A stretch of 64,000 nt of DNA from Deinococcales bacterium (GTDB lineage Bacteria > Deinococcota > Deinococci > Deinococcales > JAAFIG01): contig JANXTZ010000044.1 in assembly GCA_025352125.1 (NCBI GenBank), positions 148,345 through 212,344 on the forward strand, given 5' to 3'. Position numbers and translations under genes: made by a program. This document shows positions 1 through 8,950 of this stretch, piece by piece. The notes beneath the pieces were generated by a model. That model was not told the origin of the DNA and did no database searches. It was given only the letters and a program-made list of their open reading frames with translations. Position 1 is the first letter of the stretch. Each line of letters opens with the position of its first letter.

Positions 1-751
1 AGGGACTGTCCTGGGTGATCGGATGCACCACCGTCCAGGACAAATTGAAAAACGCAACTTTTTGCCGCTCGAGTTTTAACTGGTAAAACTTGCGAACTTG
101 AGCACCCTTGATGTTCTCAAACCAGGAAAGTGTGACCAGGGCTTCGATGTCAAGCACTTCGCTTTGTAAACCATTCACCACCCGAATCATCCAACCCATG
201 CCATTTTGGTACGGCGCAAACAACATATTCTTGGAAAACAAAATTCGGGTCATCGGTTTGGAGAATCTGGCAAACAACAATCCTGTCGCCAATGCCACAG
301 CCAACAAACCCACAAAAGCCTCGATGGTCGCCACAATGTTCGCCGCAAGGCTGGCAGGCGCAACATGTCCATAACCAATCGTGGACAGCGTTTGGACACT
401 AAAGAAAAAACCGCGCCAAAACCGATTCTCGAGCACCAGATTTGAACCCGCTTGAAGTGCATCTGCCCCACAAAACCAGTACAGACTTGCGAAGAACAGG
501 TTGATCAAAATAAACGTGGCTGCCAAAAAACCAAAAAACAAGGCAGGCTGCAAGGTGATCAACCCGTAAAAAATATTCTGACTCGAGAGCCACCCCAAGC
601 CCAAACGCCTGGTGTTAAATGAACCGTCCGAATTGACGAACCTGGCAGTGCTGCGTTCTGCCGCCACCCGCCCAATGCCAAGGTCTTCGTTGGTATCGCT
701 GGCTCGAGATTCTGATTCGGTGATCTTGCTCGAGGAATTGGTGTCTGTCAT
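1..751 (-). CDS. Inward-rectifier-type K+ channel (KirBac-like); N-terminus complete, C-terminus runs off the window start
   Basis: Own translation of the minus strand from ATG (751-749): MTDTNSSSKITESE... It has two TM helices flanking a pore helix with selectivity filter TIGYG, then a beta-rich cytoplasmic domain (LFAPYQNGMGWMIRVVNGLQSEVLDIEALV...). No stop codon occurs before position 1, so it is absent from the supplied ORF track. Confidence 0.85.
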   Translation of the reverse strand, partial: MTDTNSSSKITESESRASDTNEDLGIGRVAAERSTARFVNSDGSFNTRRLGLGWLSSQNIFYGLITLQPALFFGFLAATFILINLFFASLYWFCGADALQAGSNLVLENRFWRGFFFSVQTLSTIGYGHVAPASLAANIVATIEAFVGLLAVALATGLLFARFSKPMTRILFSKNMLFAPYQNGMGWMIRVVNGLQSEVLDIEALVTLSWFENIKGAQVRKFYQLKLERQKVAFFNLSWTVVHPITQDSP

Positions 752-856
752 GGGTTCAGAATACGACAACCATCTAGTTCAAACTCGAGCGACATTCCAA
801 TTCAAAAATTCAGCTCCAGATTATCCCGTGACAGATTTGAGATTTGCCCAACGAGA

Positions 857-1366
857 ATGAGCACACATGTTATGCTCGAGATGCTTTACAAATTAATTGC
901 TTCAAGAGGAGCACGCATGGCAGATGTTATCATCCAGGTATCCAAGGACGGCAAGCACCTGGTCACGGGCGACGGCAGAACCATCTACCGTTTTGTCCCC
1001 ATGAAATCCGACCCCGAGCATTTGTACATCCCCTGGGGCGGAAATTTTCCACCGTACCTGCTCGAGTTTATTGCCACCTGGAGTCCGTTGATTGGTGTTC
1101 CCAAAGCTGGTAACGGTGTGAAACAAGAAAACCTGAGCGACTTTGACCGCGATGGTCCGCCCGACGAGGGTTTAACGCAAATCAGTTACCGTGGTTGGTG
1201 GTTGTATTTTTACCCAACCGCCGCACCAGATTCGATCCATGAGGTTCCAAAATTGTTCCAACTGGTGTCACCAAGCATTGCCCCGCAACGGGTAGGAATG
1301 TCAATTGTTGGTGCAGATGATCCAGATGACGTTGGCGGTCCACCTTACATTTTTGGTGGTCCTTGA
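857..1366 (+). CDS. Hypothetical protein (possible alternative start at 917, MADVIIQ...)
   Basis: 169-aa ORF with normal composition and no recognisable motif. It overlaps the STAND gene tail-to-tail by 22 nt. Confidence 0.45.
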   Translation: MSTHVMLEMLYKLIASRGARMADVIIQVSKDGKHLVTGDGRTIYRFVPMKSDPEHLYIPWGGNFPPYLLEFIATWSPLIGVPKAGNGVKQENLSDFDRDGPPDEGLTQISYRGWWLYFYPTAAPDSIHEVPKLFQLVSPSIAPQRVGMSIVGADDPDDVGGPPYIFGGP

Positions 1367-4128
1367 TTTTCATAAATATTTGACAATAGGATTTCACTTA
1401 CTAAATCTTGAATTAATTGTTCAGAAACAAATTCTCTAGTCGCTTTTTCTGAAAAAGAGAGATTTAATTGATTTTGAATCATTTGAATCTCTCTCTTTTG
1501 AGAAACTTGAAGTAAAGGATAACTTAAAATAGCTTTTATTATTTTTGCTGATTTCTCAGTATCTCCCACTAAGCCTTTTAGGTATGCAAAAAAAATTAAC
1601 GTATCTATTTTTTGAGTAATATGAGGTAAGTTTTTTGCTTCAAACAAAGATTTAAATAAGTATTTTTCTGCAAACAAAAATTGTTTACGTTTAATTTCAA
1701 TACAACCTAGCATTAGATAAGCACCGCAAGTAACTTCAAAAATTGATTGATCTTTTAATACATTAAGTGTAAGATTTGCAAAATACTCTGACTCTTCATA
1801 GTCTTGTAAATAGTATAAGCCTATGCTCAAATTATGATAATAATAAGGTATCGCCATTTTTTGTAAGCTTGTTTTTGATATCAAATCTAAACCAATCTTT
1901 AATGATTCACATATTTTTTTGTAATTTGGATTTAGTAAAACAGAGTATAGAATGCCTGAAAAATTTAAACGAGCTAAAATTTCCGTACTATAATCTTTTA
2001 CTCTTGACGAATTTAATATTATTTCACTATAATAAGTTATAGCCTTAGTAGTATTTCCTCTTTCGGATTCTAGAATCGCTAAATTGCTTAAACAAGTTAT
2101 TTCTCGAGCTTTATCATCATGTTTTCTAATTAACATAAGCGCGTTTTCGTAAAATTGAATTGCTAATGTATACTCAGCTACCGTTGCTGCGATAGAACCA
2201 AGTATATTTAATGCTTTAGAGAGCGTAATTTCATTTAAACTTCCAACTTTGGATGCCAAACTTTTAGCTTGTATTGCATTGTTTCGAGCTTCTGTGATTT
2301 TACCCAATCTAAATTGTAACCAAGCTGCACCGACTAACATGGGAGCCAATGCAAGTGATGGTGCACCGTAATTCTCGAGTGCGGTAATTGTGGTTTCAAA
2401 CCAACTCAAGCCTTCGCCAAATCTTGCATTTTGATCGAAAAACACCACAATGTCTTGAACTTTCTCGAGCCTTGCAGCTTGATTGTTTTGAATCGCGTGC
2501 GACCATGCGGCGCGAATGTTCTCGAGTTCGGTTTCGATGTTGCGCATGGCGTTCGCGGCTTCAGACCCACGAATTTTGGCGGTGTCTCGCTCGAGTCTGG
2601 TCAGGTAATAATCTTGGTGGCGTTCAAAACTGCCCGCAAAATCGGGAAGCTCGAGCAGTTTTTCAAGCGTGAATTGGTACAGAAGCGGGTGAATGCCGAA
2701 ACGATTTGTCGCGTCGCGTTGCACCAAACTTTTGTCGCTCAGGTTTGCCAAGGTCTGCAATTTGGTGGCGTTGATTGCCCCAACGGCTTCTCGGGTTGCG
2801 CCACCCCTGAACACGGCAAGTTGCGCCAGGGCGTGTTGCTCGAGGGTGGAGAGTATCTTCCAGGAATGCTCGAACACGGCGCGGATGCTGCGGTGACGTT
2901 CGGGCGTGTCGCGCAATGTGTTGTCGAGCAAGTCAAGGTTATCCGCCAAATCTTGACGGAGTTCGGATAGGCTCAAGGCGCGTAAAAGGGGCACGGCAAG
3001 TTCGATGGCAAGCGGAAAACCGTGCACGAGTTTGCAAATCTCGAGCGCATCGGCACGGTCTTCAAAAGTTTGGATTTGCCTTCCAATTCTGTTCGCACGG
3101 TCTATAAACAACTCGAGCGCGGCATCTTGATCGGACCCTGCACCCAGACCCTCGAGTGGCGTGATCCATTCGCCGTGCAAATTCAGGCGTTCGCGGGAGG
3201 TCACGATCAGGCGCAAATTCGGGCAACGCTCGAGCAGCAGGGTCAGGTGAAAACCGTGTTCGGTCAGGTGCTCGAAGTTGTCGAGCACCAACAAGATTTG
3301 ACGTTGCCCAATGCCTTCCATGATTTGCTCAAAGACTGGCGCGTCGGGTTTTAAATTGATTTTAAAAACTTGCACGATTCGTGACAGCAGCGCTTCCAAG
3401 TCATTGATCGCCTCGAGCATGACCATCAAGACACCATCTTTAAAAAGCTCGAATTGCAAACTTTGCCGTGCCGTCTCGAGCGCCAGACGGGTTTTGCCCA
3501 CACCGCCAGGTCCAACCAGCGTCACCAGTCTGGCTTCCTCTTGCAGCAACTCGAGCACGTGCGCAGACTCTCGGGCGCGTCCAACAAAACTGGTCAAGCT
3601 CTGCGAGAGGTTGTTCGGAATGACCAACGGCTTTAAAGTCTCGAGGTTGAGGCTTTCGAGTTTGGCAATGCGCTGCAACCAAGCTGACTCGAGGTTTTCA
3701 AAGCCAATGATGTTCCGTGCCGCCTCGAGATGCTGACTTACCGCAAGCTGCTCAACCGCCCGTTCTGCCAGCGTCAAGTGCGCCTCTATAATGCCTCGAG
3801 CCAAATACGCTCGCATGGTTTCAATCCACTCGAGCAACTCTGGGTGAACCTCGGGAATGTCCAGATTCTCGAGGAACGGCGCAGTATAAAGTTCGACCGC
3901 CCGTTCCAAATTTTGATGCTCGAGCGCAAACAAAACCTCTGCTGCATCGCAATCCACAGCCGCTTTCAACCTCGAGCCAGAACCCCCAAACGCCGTTGGC
4001 ACAATTTGTCGCACACGGTTGATCGTGCTGCGCAAACTGCCCGCCGCGTCACTGGCATTCGGGAAGAACAACTCGCGCAAATGATCGCGGGTTTGCTCAC
4101 CCTCGAGCGCCACATACGCCAGCAACAC
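1345..4128 (-). CDS. STAND NTPase regulator: SARP-type wHTH/BTAD + NB-ARC P-loop ATPase + C-terminal TPR array
   Basis: The N-terminus LVLLAYVALEGEQTRDHLRELFFP...LRSTINRVRQ and ELYTAPFLENL match the SARP/BTAD pattern. Walker A is LVGPGGVGKTRLA. The long C-terminal region is helical TPR-like repeats. The frame stays open upstream to ~4236 and encodes LKVLGNLHLEPFGFAQAKP, but with no ATG/GTG/TTG, so the true start is uncertain. Confidence 0.8.
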   Translation of the reverse strand: MLLAYVALEGEQTRDHLRELFFPNASDAAGSLRSTINRVRQIVPTAFGGSGSRLKAAVDCDAAEVLFALEHQNLERAVELYTAPFLENLDIPEVHPELLEWIETMRAYLARGIIEAHLTLAERAVEQLAVSQHLEAARNIIGFENLESAWLQRIAKLESLNLETLKPLVIPNNLSQSLTSFVGRARESAHVLELLQEEARLVTLVGPGGVGKTRLALETARQSLQFELFKDGVLMVMLEAINDLEALLSRIVQVFKINLKPDAPVFEQIMEGIGQRQILLVLDNFEHLTEHGFHLTLLLERCPNLRLIVTSRERLNLHGEWITPLEGLGAGSDQDAALELFIDRANRIGRQIQTFEDRADALEICKLVHGFPLAIELAVPLLRALSLSELRQDLADNLDLLDNTLRDTPERHRSIRAVFEHSWKILSTLEQHALAQLAVFRGGATREAVGAINATKLQTLANLSDKSLVQRDATNRFGIHPLLYQFTLEKLLELPDFAGSFERHQDYYLTRLERDTAKIRGSEAANAMRNIETELENIRAAWSHAIQNNQAARLEKVQDIVVFFDQNARFGEGLSWFETTITALENYGAPSLALAPMLVGAAWLQFRLGKITEARNNAIQAKSLASKVGSLNEITLSKALNILGSIAATVAEYTLAIQFYENALMLIRKHDDKAREITCLSNLAILESERGNTTKAITYYSEIILNSSRVKDYSTEILARLNFSGILYSVLLNPNYKKICESLKIGLDLISKTSLQKMAIPYYYHNLSIGLYYLQDYEESEYFANLTLNVLKDQSIFEVTCGAYLMLGCIEIKRKQFLFAEKYLFKSLFEAKNLPHITQKIDTLIFFAYLKGLVGDTEKSAKIIKAILSYPLLQVSQKREIQMIQNQLNLSFSEKATREFVSEQLIQDLVSEILLSNIYENQGPPKM

Positions 4129-4408
4129 CAGCGGCTTGGCTTGAGCAAACCCAAACGGTTCGAGGTGTAAATTCCCCAGTACCTTTAAGCGCGGTAAAGT
4201 ATTGTTTTCTCGAGAAGGCGTTTTAATGCACTCAGTTTACCTCGAGATGAACTGAATGTTGTCAACTGCGTGAAGAATTAAGAAATTCGAGCTTTGAAAT
4301 TGCTGGGGATTCTGGCATTCCAAAACAAATTGGATTTTTGGTCACTCGAGCCTCGCTTGTCGCCACACAAAACAGAACCAAAGCTGGGGATGAGAGGGAG
4401 CAGGTGGT

Positions 4409-4443
4409 GATTATTTCACTCGAGCATCTCGAGTGAAATAATC
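4409..4443. promoter_or_regulatory. Perfect 16-bp inverted repeat with 3-nt loop (GATTATTTCACTCGAG cat CTCGAGTGAAATAATC), 15 nt upstream of the HAD start codon
   Basis: Read directly. The arms are exact reverse complements and each contains a CTCGAG. It lies in the divergent STAND/HAD intergenic region. Operator or 5-prime UTR hairpin; function unknown. Confidence 0.4.
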
Positions 4444-4457
4444 GGTACACTGAACAC

Positions 4458-5231
4458 GTGATTAAAGCCGTTTTATTCGACCTCGATGAAACCCTGATTC
4501 TTGACGAAGCCGTGTCGCTTCACGCGTTTCAAATGGTGGCGCTCAGTGTGACCCGAGATGCAAGCAAAGCCGCACAACTTGCGCACGCGGCGGAACAACA
4601 TGCAAAACGATTGTGGCAAACCCTGCCAGTTCCCGCACTCGAGTACGCCGCGCAAATTGGTCACAGTGCGCTCGAGGGCTTGTGGGCGGTGTACGACCCG
4701 AAGCTCGAGTTTGAGGTTTTACTCGAGGCGCACATTGTTGATTACCGTTTTGAAACCTGGAATGCGGCGCTTGTCGATTGCGGTTTGAAGGCGGATGCTC
4801 GAGGGTTAGAAAAATTGTGGCGAGGTTTGCGTGCCAGGTATCCGCTTTATCCAGGCGCGGACGAGTTGCTGGTATATTTAAAACCAAATTACAAACTTGG
4901 CATCGTCACGAACGGCGTGGCTTGTTTGCAACGCCAGAAATGGCATGGTTGCGGACTCGAGCCGTGGTTTGATGCGGTGGCGATTTCTGGAGAGCTTGGT
5001 ATTGGTAAACCCAATCCAGCGATTTTTGAATGGATTGCAGGTGAGTTAAAAGTGCCGCTCGAGACTTGCGTCGTGGTTGGTGACAATGCTGACCGCGATG
5101 TTCAGGGCGGCATCAACGCAGGAATCAAAACCGTCTGGATTGATCGCGGCTTCAAACCGCGCACGGCAATTGCCACGCTCGAGGTCAAACAATTGCTCGA
5201 GATGCTGCCCTGGCTCGAGGCGCAAACCTGA
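4458..5231 (+). CDS. HAD-superfamily hydrolase (subfamily IA-like)
   Basis: GTG start. Motif I is VLFDLDETL. Also IVTNG, GKPNP and the motif IV region VVGDNADRDVQG. Confidence 0.85.
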   Translation: MIKAVLFDLDETLILDEAVSLHAFQMVALSVTRDASKAAQLAHAAEQHAKRLWQTLPVPALEYAAQIGHSALEGLWAVYDPKLEFEVLLEAHIVDYRFETWNAALVDCGLKADARGLEKLWRGLRARYPLYPGADELLVYLKPNYKLGIVTNGVACLQRQKWHGCGLEPWFDAVAISGELGIGKPNPAIFEWIAGELKVPLETCVVVGDNADRDVQGGINAGIKTVWIDRGFKPRTAIATLEVKQLLEMLPWLEAQT

Positions 5232-5311
5232 CTTTTGTCATGTGCTCCCTCTGACAGTCTGCACTGTTTTAAATATGCGTCAACCCCGAGAATGACCACA
5301 GGAGGAACACA

Positions 5312-6205
5312 ATGTCTTTGGCGGTGGAACTCGAGAATGCAAGTAAATCTTTTGGCAGTGTTCAGGCACTTCGTAACGTGTCGCTCGAAGTTGAGGCGGG
5401 TGAGGTGGTCGCGTTTCTGGGACCGAACGGCGCAGGCAAAACCACCGCCATCAGCATCATGCTTGGTCTGCGTTCACCGACTTCGGGTCATGCCAGAATT
5501 TTTGGGCAGAACCCCAGAGAACCCAAAAACCGTGCGCGTATTGGCGTGATGCTGCAAGAATCTGGCGTGCCAGGATTGCTGAAGGTGCGCGAGTTGATTC
5601 GGTTGTTCACCCAGTTTTACAATGCGCCCTTGCTGGTTTCCAAAGTGCTCGAGATGGCGAACTTGACCGAGAAAAAAGACGCGATAGCCTCCACGCTTTC
5701 GGGTGGTCAAAAGCAACGACTTTATTTTGCATTGGCAATTTGTGGCAACCCAGATGTTTTGTTTCTGGACGAACCCAGCGTGGCGCTCGATGTCGAATCG
5801 CGTCGCGCGTTCTGGCAAGAAATTTCTGGCTTTGCGAAAACTGGTAAAACTGTGATTCTGACCACGCATTATCTCGAGGAAGCCGACGCGCTGGCGAACC
5901 GAATCATTGTCATCAACAAAGGCGAGATCGTGGCGCAGGGCAGTCCCGCGCAAATCAAATCGCGGGTTGGTGGCAAGAACGTTTCGTTCAAACTCGAGGT
6001 TGGAAATGCGGATGCGCTCGAGAATTTACCGAATGTACAGCGTTTCAGTAAGACTGGTGAAAGCATCAATCTGTACACTTTAGAGCCTGAAAAAGTCTTG
6101 CAAGAAGTTTTTGCATCTGGTTTGCAAATTTCAAACCTCAGCGTTGCAGGTGCGGGACTCGAGGAAGCCTTCATGGAAATCACCGAACAGGGAGCAAAAC
6201 AATGA
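5312..6205 (+). CDS. ABC transporter ATP-binding protein (ABC-2/drug-exporter type)
   Basis: Walker A GPNGAGKTT, signature LSGGQKQR, Walker B LFLDEP. Confidence 0.9.
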   Translation: MSLAVELENASKSFGSVQALRNVSLEVEAGEVVAFLGPNGAGKTTAISIMLGLRSPTSGHARIFGQNPREPKNRARIGVMLQESGVPGLLKVRELIRLFTQFYNAPLLVSKVLEMANLTEKKDAIASTLSGGQKQRLYFALAICGNPDVLFLDEPSVALDVESRRAFWQEISGFAKTGKTVILTTHYLEEADALANRIIVINKGEIVAQGSPAQIKSRVGGKNVSFKLEVGNADALENLPNVQRFSKTGESINLYTLEPEKVLQEVFASGLQISNLSVAGAGLEEAFMEITEQGAKQ

Positions 6206-7005
6206 CTGGTCTGAATCCTGAAAATGCGAATGCTCGAGCCTACAATCCGTTCAAAGGTTTGGGCTTTCAGTTGTACTGCGAACTGATTCGTTTATTGCGC
6301 AACCCAGGTTTTTTGATTCCGACGGTTTTGTTTCCGATCATGTTTTTTACGCTGTTTGGTTTGCCCAACGCCAAAGAAAATATTGGCAATGGCGTGACGG
6401 TTGGCGCGTACCTGCTGGCATCGTATGGGACTTACGGGATGCTTTCGGCAGCCTTGTTTGGCTTTGGGGTTGGCATTGCCGCCGAGCGTGGTCTGGGTTG
6501 GAACCGTTTGACTCGGGCAACGCCGATGCACCCGATCATGTACTTCAGCGCCAAAATTTTGACCGCCCTGTTGTCTGGGCTGGTGACACTGACCGCATTG
6601 TTCGCCTTCGGAATTCTGGTTGGACACATTTCGCTCCCGCTCGAGACTTGGCTGTTGCTGACCGCCCGAATCATGCTCGGCATGATGCCGTTTGTGGCGC
6701 TTGGCTTGTTCATCGGTTATCTTGGCAATCCGCAAAGTGCCACGCCGATCACTCAACTTATTTTCTTGCCGATGTCGTTTGCTTCAGGCATTTTCTTGCC
6801 AATCAAAAATTTGCCGCAGTTTGTCCAAGACCTCGCGCCGTACCTGCCCGCGTATCACAGCGGTCAACTGGCATGGCATACTCTGGGTGCTGGCGACAGC
6901 GCTAGCCTCGACTCGCACATCATCTGGAATCTTGGCTTCACGGTGCTGTTCCTGGCATTGGCTGTCTGGGCATATAAACGCGACGAAGCCAAGCAATACG
7001 GTTAA
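6202..7005 (+). CDS. ABC-2 type transporter permease
   Basis: ATGA start/stop overlap with the ATPase gene. About six predicted TM helices. Confidence 0.8.
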   Translation: MTGLNPENANARAYNPFKGLGFQLYCELIRLLRNPGFLIPTVLFPIMFFTLFGLPNAKENIGNGVTVGAYLLASYGTYGMLSAALFGFGVGIAAERGLGWNRLTRATPMHPIMYFSAKILTALLSGLVTLTALFAFGILVGHISLPLETWLLLTARIMLGMMPFVALGLFIGYLGNPQSATPITQLIFLPMSFASGIFLPIKNLPQFVQDLAPYLPAYHSGQLAWHTLGAGDSASLDSHIIWNLGFTVLFLALAVWAYKRDEAKQYG

Positions 7006-7038
7006 AGTGTTCCTCGAGCTTTTCAGATTTGAGGTTGT

Positions 7039-8175
7039 ATGACATACCGACGCAATTGGACCCGCTGGTACCCGCTGATCTGGTTGGTCTTCCTCGGGTT
7101 GCCAATATCGGCGCTCTTACAAACACAACGCAGCCCGCTCGAGTACGTCTACGGATTTTCATTGATCGCTGCGTTTGTAGGGTTTTTTCTGTGGTCATTT
7201 TTCTGGAATCACAACGACGAGCATAAACTCGAGGCAGCTTACCGAATTCCCAGTTTGATCGGTATGGTTTTCAGTTACGTCGTGTTCGGTTTGATGTGGA
7301 AGTTGCTCAATGGTGATGGTTCGGCATTCGTTGTCTACGCGGGTTCGTTTGCAGGTTTTCAAAAAAGCAACCGCCCCTTGATTGTCAGTGTTGTTATTTC
7401 GTTTGCTCTGGCGGTTGCTTTTGCGTTTTTCGATGCCAATTGGTTTGTCTGGACGATTCCAATTTCGACCGTGATTGCTGCGCTGGGCAATCACAGTGCC
7501 TATCTGCAAATACAAACGTTTCGCAGATTGCAAAACTCGCAGGCGCAAGTGGCAAGCATTGCCAAGGTTGCCGAACGCGAACGGATTGCCCGAGATTTGC
7601 ACGACCTTCTAGGGCATACGCTTTCGGTGATCGTCTTAAAGTCAGAACTTGCCAGCAAACTTGCCGAAAAAAATCCTGCCAAAGCCATCGCCGAAATCCG
7701 CGATGTCGAACGCATCAGCCGCGAAGCCCTGTCAGAGGTGCGCAGCGCCGTGCGCGGCTACCGCTCGAGTGGACTCGAAGCCGAACTGGCGAGCATTTCC
7801 CTGGCGCTTGAGGCAGCACAAATCAAGCTCGTGCCATTCGTGATGCCTTTAGAGCTTGAATGGGCAACCGAGCAGACCTTGGCGTTTATTTTGCGCGAGG
7901 CGATCACGAATGTGGTGCGGCACAGCAACGCCAGAACCTGTTTTGTTTCCCTCGAGCAATGCGGTCAATTTGTGCTGCTTGAGGTTTACGATGACGCGCA
8001 ACTCGAGCTTAAACCAGGCAACGGCATTGCTGGAATGCGAGAACGGGTGGCAGCCCTGGCAGGAAAATTCTCGCTTGTCACTGTGATTGGCAAGCGGGGA
8101 ATCAGCGTTAAACTTGCCCTTCACAGTTCCACCGATTCCAGTCTCAATCCTGCGCAACTCGAGGTACTTCCATGA
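7039..8175 (+). CDS. Sensor histidine kinase, HisKA_3 (DesK/NarX/LiaS-like)
   Basis: N-terminal TM helices. H-box ERERIARDLHDLLGHTLS. C-terminal HATPase region (NVVRHSNA...GNGIAGMRERV). Confidence 0.85.
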   Translation: MTYRRNWTRWYPLIWLVFLGLPISALLQTQRSPLEYVYGFSLIAAFVGFFLWSFFWNHNDEHKLEAAYRIPSLIGMVFSYVVFGLMWKLLNGDGSAFVVYAGSFAGFQKSNRPLIVSVVISFALAVAFAFFDANWFVWTIPISTVIAALGNHSAYLQIQTFRRLQNSQAQVASIAKVAERERIARDLHDLLGHTLSVIVLKSELASKLAEKNPAKAIAEIRDVERISREALSEVRSAVRGYRSSGLEAELASISLALEAAQIKLVPFVMPLELEWATEQTLAFILREAITNVVRHSNARTCFVSLEQCGQFVLLEVYDDAQLELKPGNGIAGMRERVAALAGKFSLVTVIGKRGISVKLALHSSTDSSLNPAQLEVLP

Positions 8176-8218
8176 TCGAATATTTTAAATTTTTAACAAT
8201 ACTCAAAGGTATACGCCC

Positions 8219-8821
8219 TTGATTCGTGTGATCCTCGCCGAAGACCAAGCCCTGGTTCGCGGCGCACTTTCTGCACTGCTCGAGCTTGAGGACGACATTG
8301 AAGTGATCTTCCAAGCCCAGAACGGTCTTGAAGCGCTCGAACAAACCCAAAGACTTCAACCCGATGTGCTCCTGACCGATATTGAAATGCCCAAAATGAC
8401 GGGCTTGGAACTCGCGCTCGAGGTCAAAAAACAAAACCTCAAAACCAAAGTGGTGATCGTCACCACCTTCGCTCGAGCAGGGTACTTGCGGCGTGCACTC
8501 GAGGCTGGGGCGACAGGATACTTGTTAAAGGATGCACCCGCCGACGACCTTGCCGACGCCGTGCGCCGCGTTCATGCGGGCGCTCGAGCGATAGACCCGA
8601 CGCTGGCGCTTGAAGCCTGGAGCGAAGCCGACCCACTGACCGACCGTGAACGCCAGGTGCTGCGGTTTGCAAGTGAGGGTCAGAGCAGTCTCGAGATTGC
8701 TGGCAGCCTGAAACTTTCTGAAGGCACAATCCGAAATTATTTATCCGAAGCGATTGCCAAACTTGGTGCGAACAACCGCGTTGAAGCGGCGCGGATTGCC
8801 AGAGAAAAAGGTTGGTTGTAG
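8219..8821 (+). CDS. Response regulator, NarL/LuxR family
   Basis: REC domain (VILAEDQ...LLTDIEMPKMTG) plus LuxR HTH (LTDRERQVLRFASEGQSSLEIAGSLKLSEGTIRNYLSEA). Confidence 0.9.
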   Translation: MIRVILAEDQALVRGALSALLELEDDIEVIFQAQNGLEALEQTQRLQPDVLLTDIEMPKMTGLELALEVKKQNLKTKVVIVTTFARAGYLRRALEAGATGYLLKDAPADDLADAVRRVHAGARAIDPTLALEAWSEADPLTDRERQVLRFASEGQSSLEIAGSLKLSEGTIRNYLSEAIAKLGANNRVEAARIAREKGWL

Positions 8822-8875
8822 GGTGCGCCCCGTGCACTAAGGACGCGTGAATGACGGTGCACAAGGCGCATCCTA
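8819..8875. other. Nested hairpin immediately after the response-regulator stop codon
   Basis: Outer stem TAGGGTGCGCC / GGCGCATCCTA (11 bp, one G-T pair). Inner stem GTGCAC / GTGCAC. The 19-nt loop TAAGGACGCGTGAATGACG loosely resembles the loop of the 37-nt repeat family. Confidence 0.35.
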
Positions 8876-8950
8876 CACAATTGTTGTGGTTTCTCGAGAG
8901 GTGGTATTTCCTGATTGTGAAACTTGAATACCACCGAATACTTTTCCATT

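Noticed and set aside
108-593. Short ORFs listed at the window start (108..374+, 206..445+, 250..471-, 399..593-)
   Set aside because: All overlap the KirBac channel frame, which is open from 751 to position 1 and has the TIGYG filter. None has a motif of its own.
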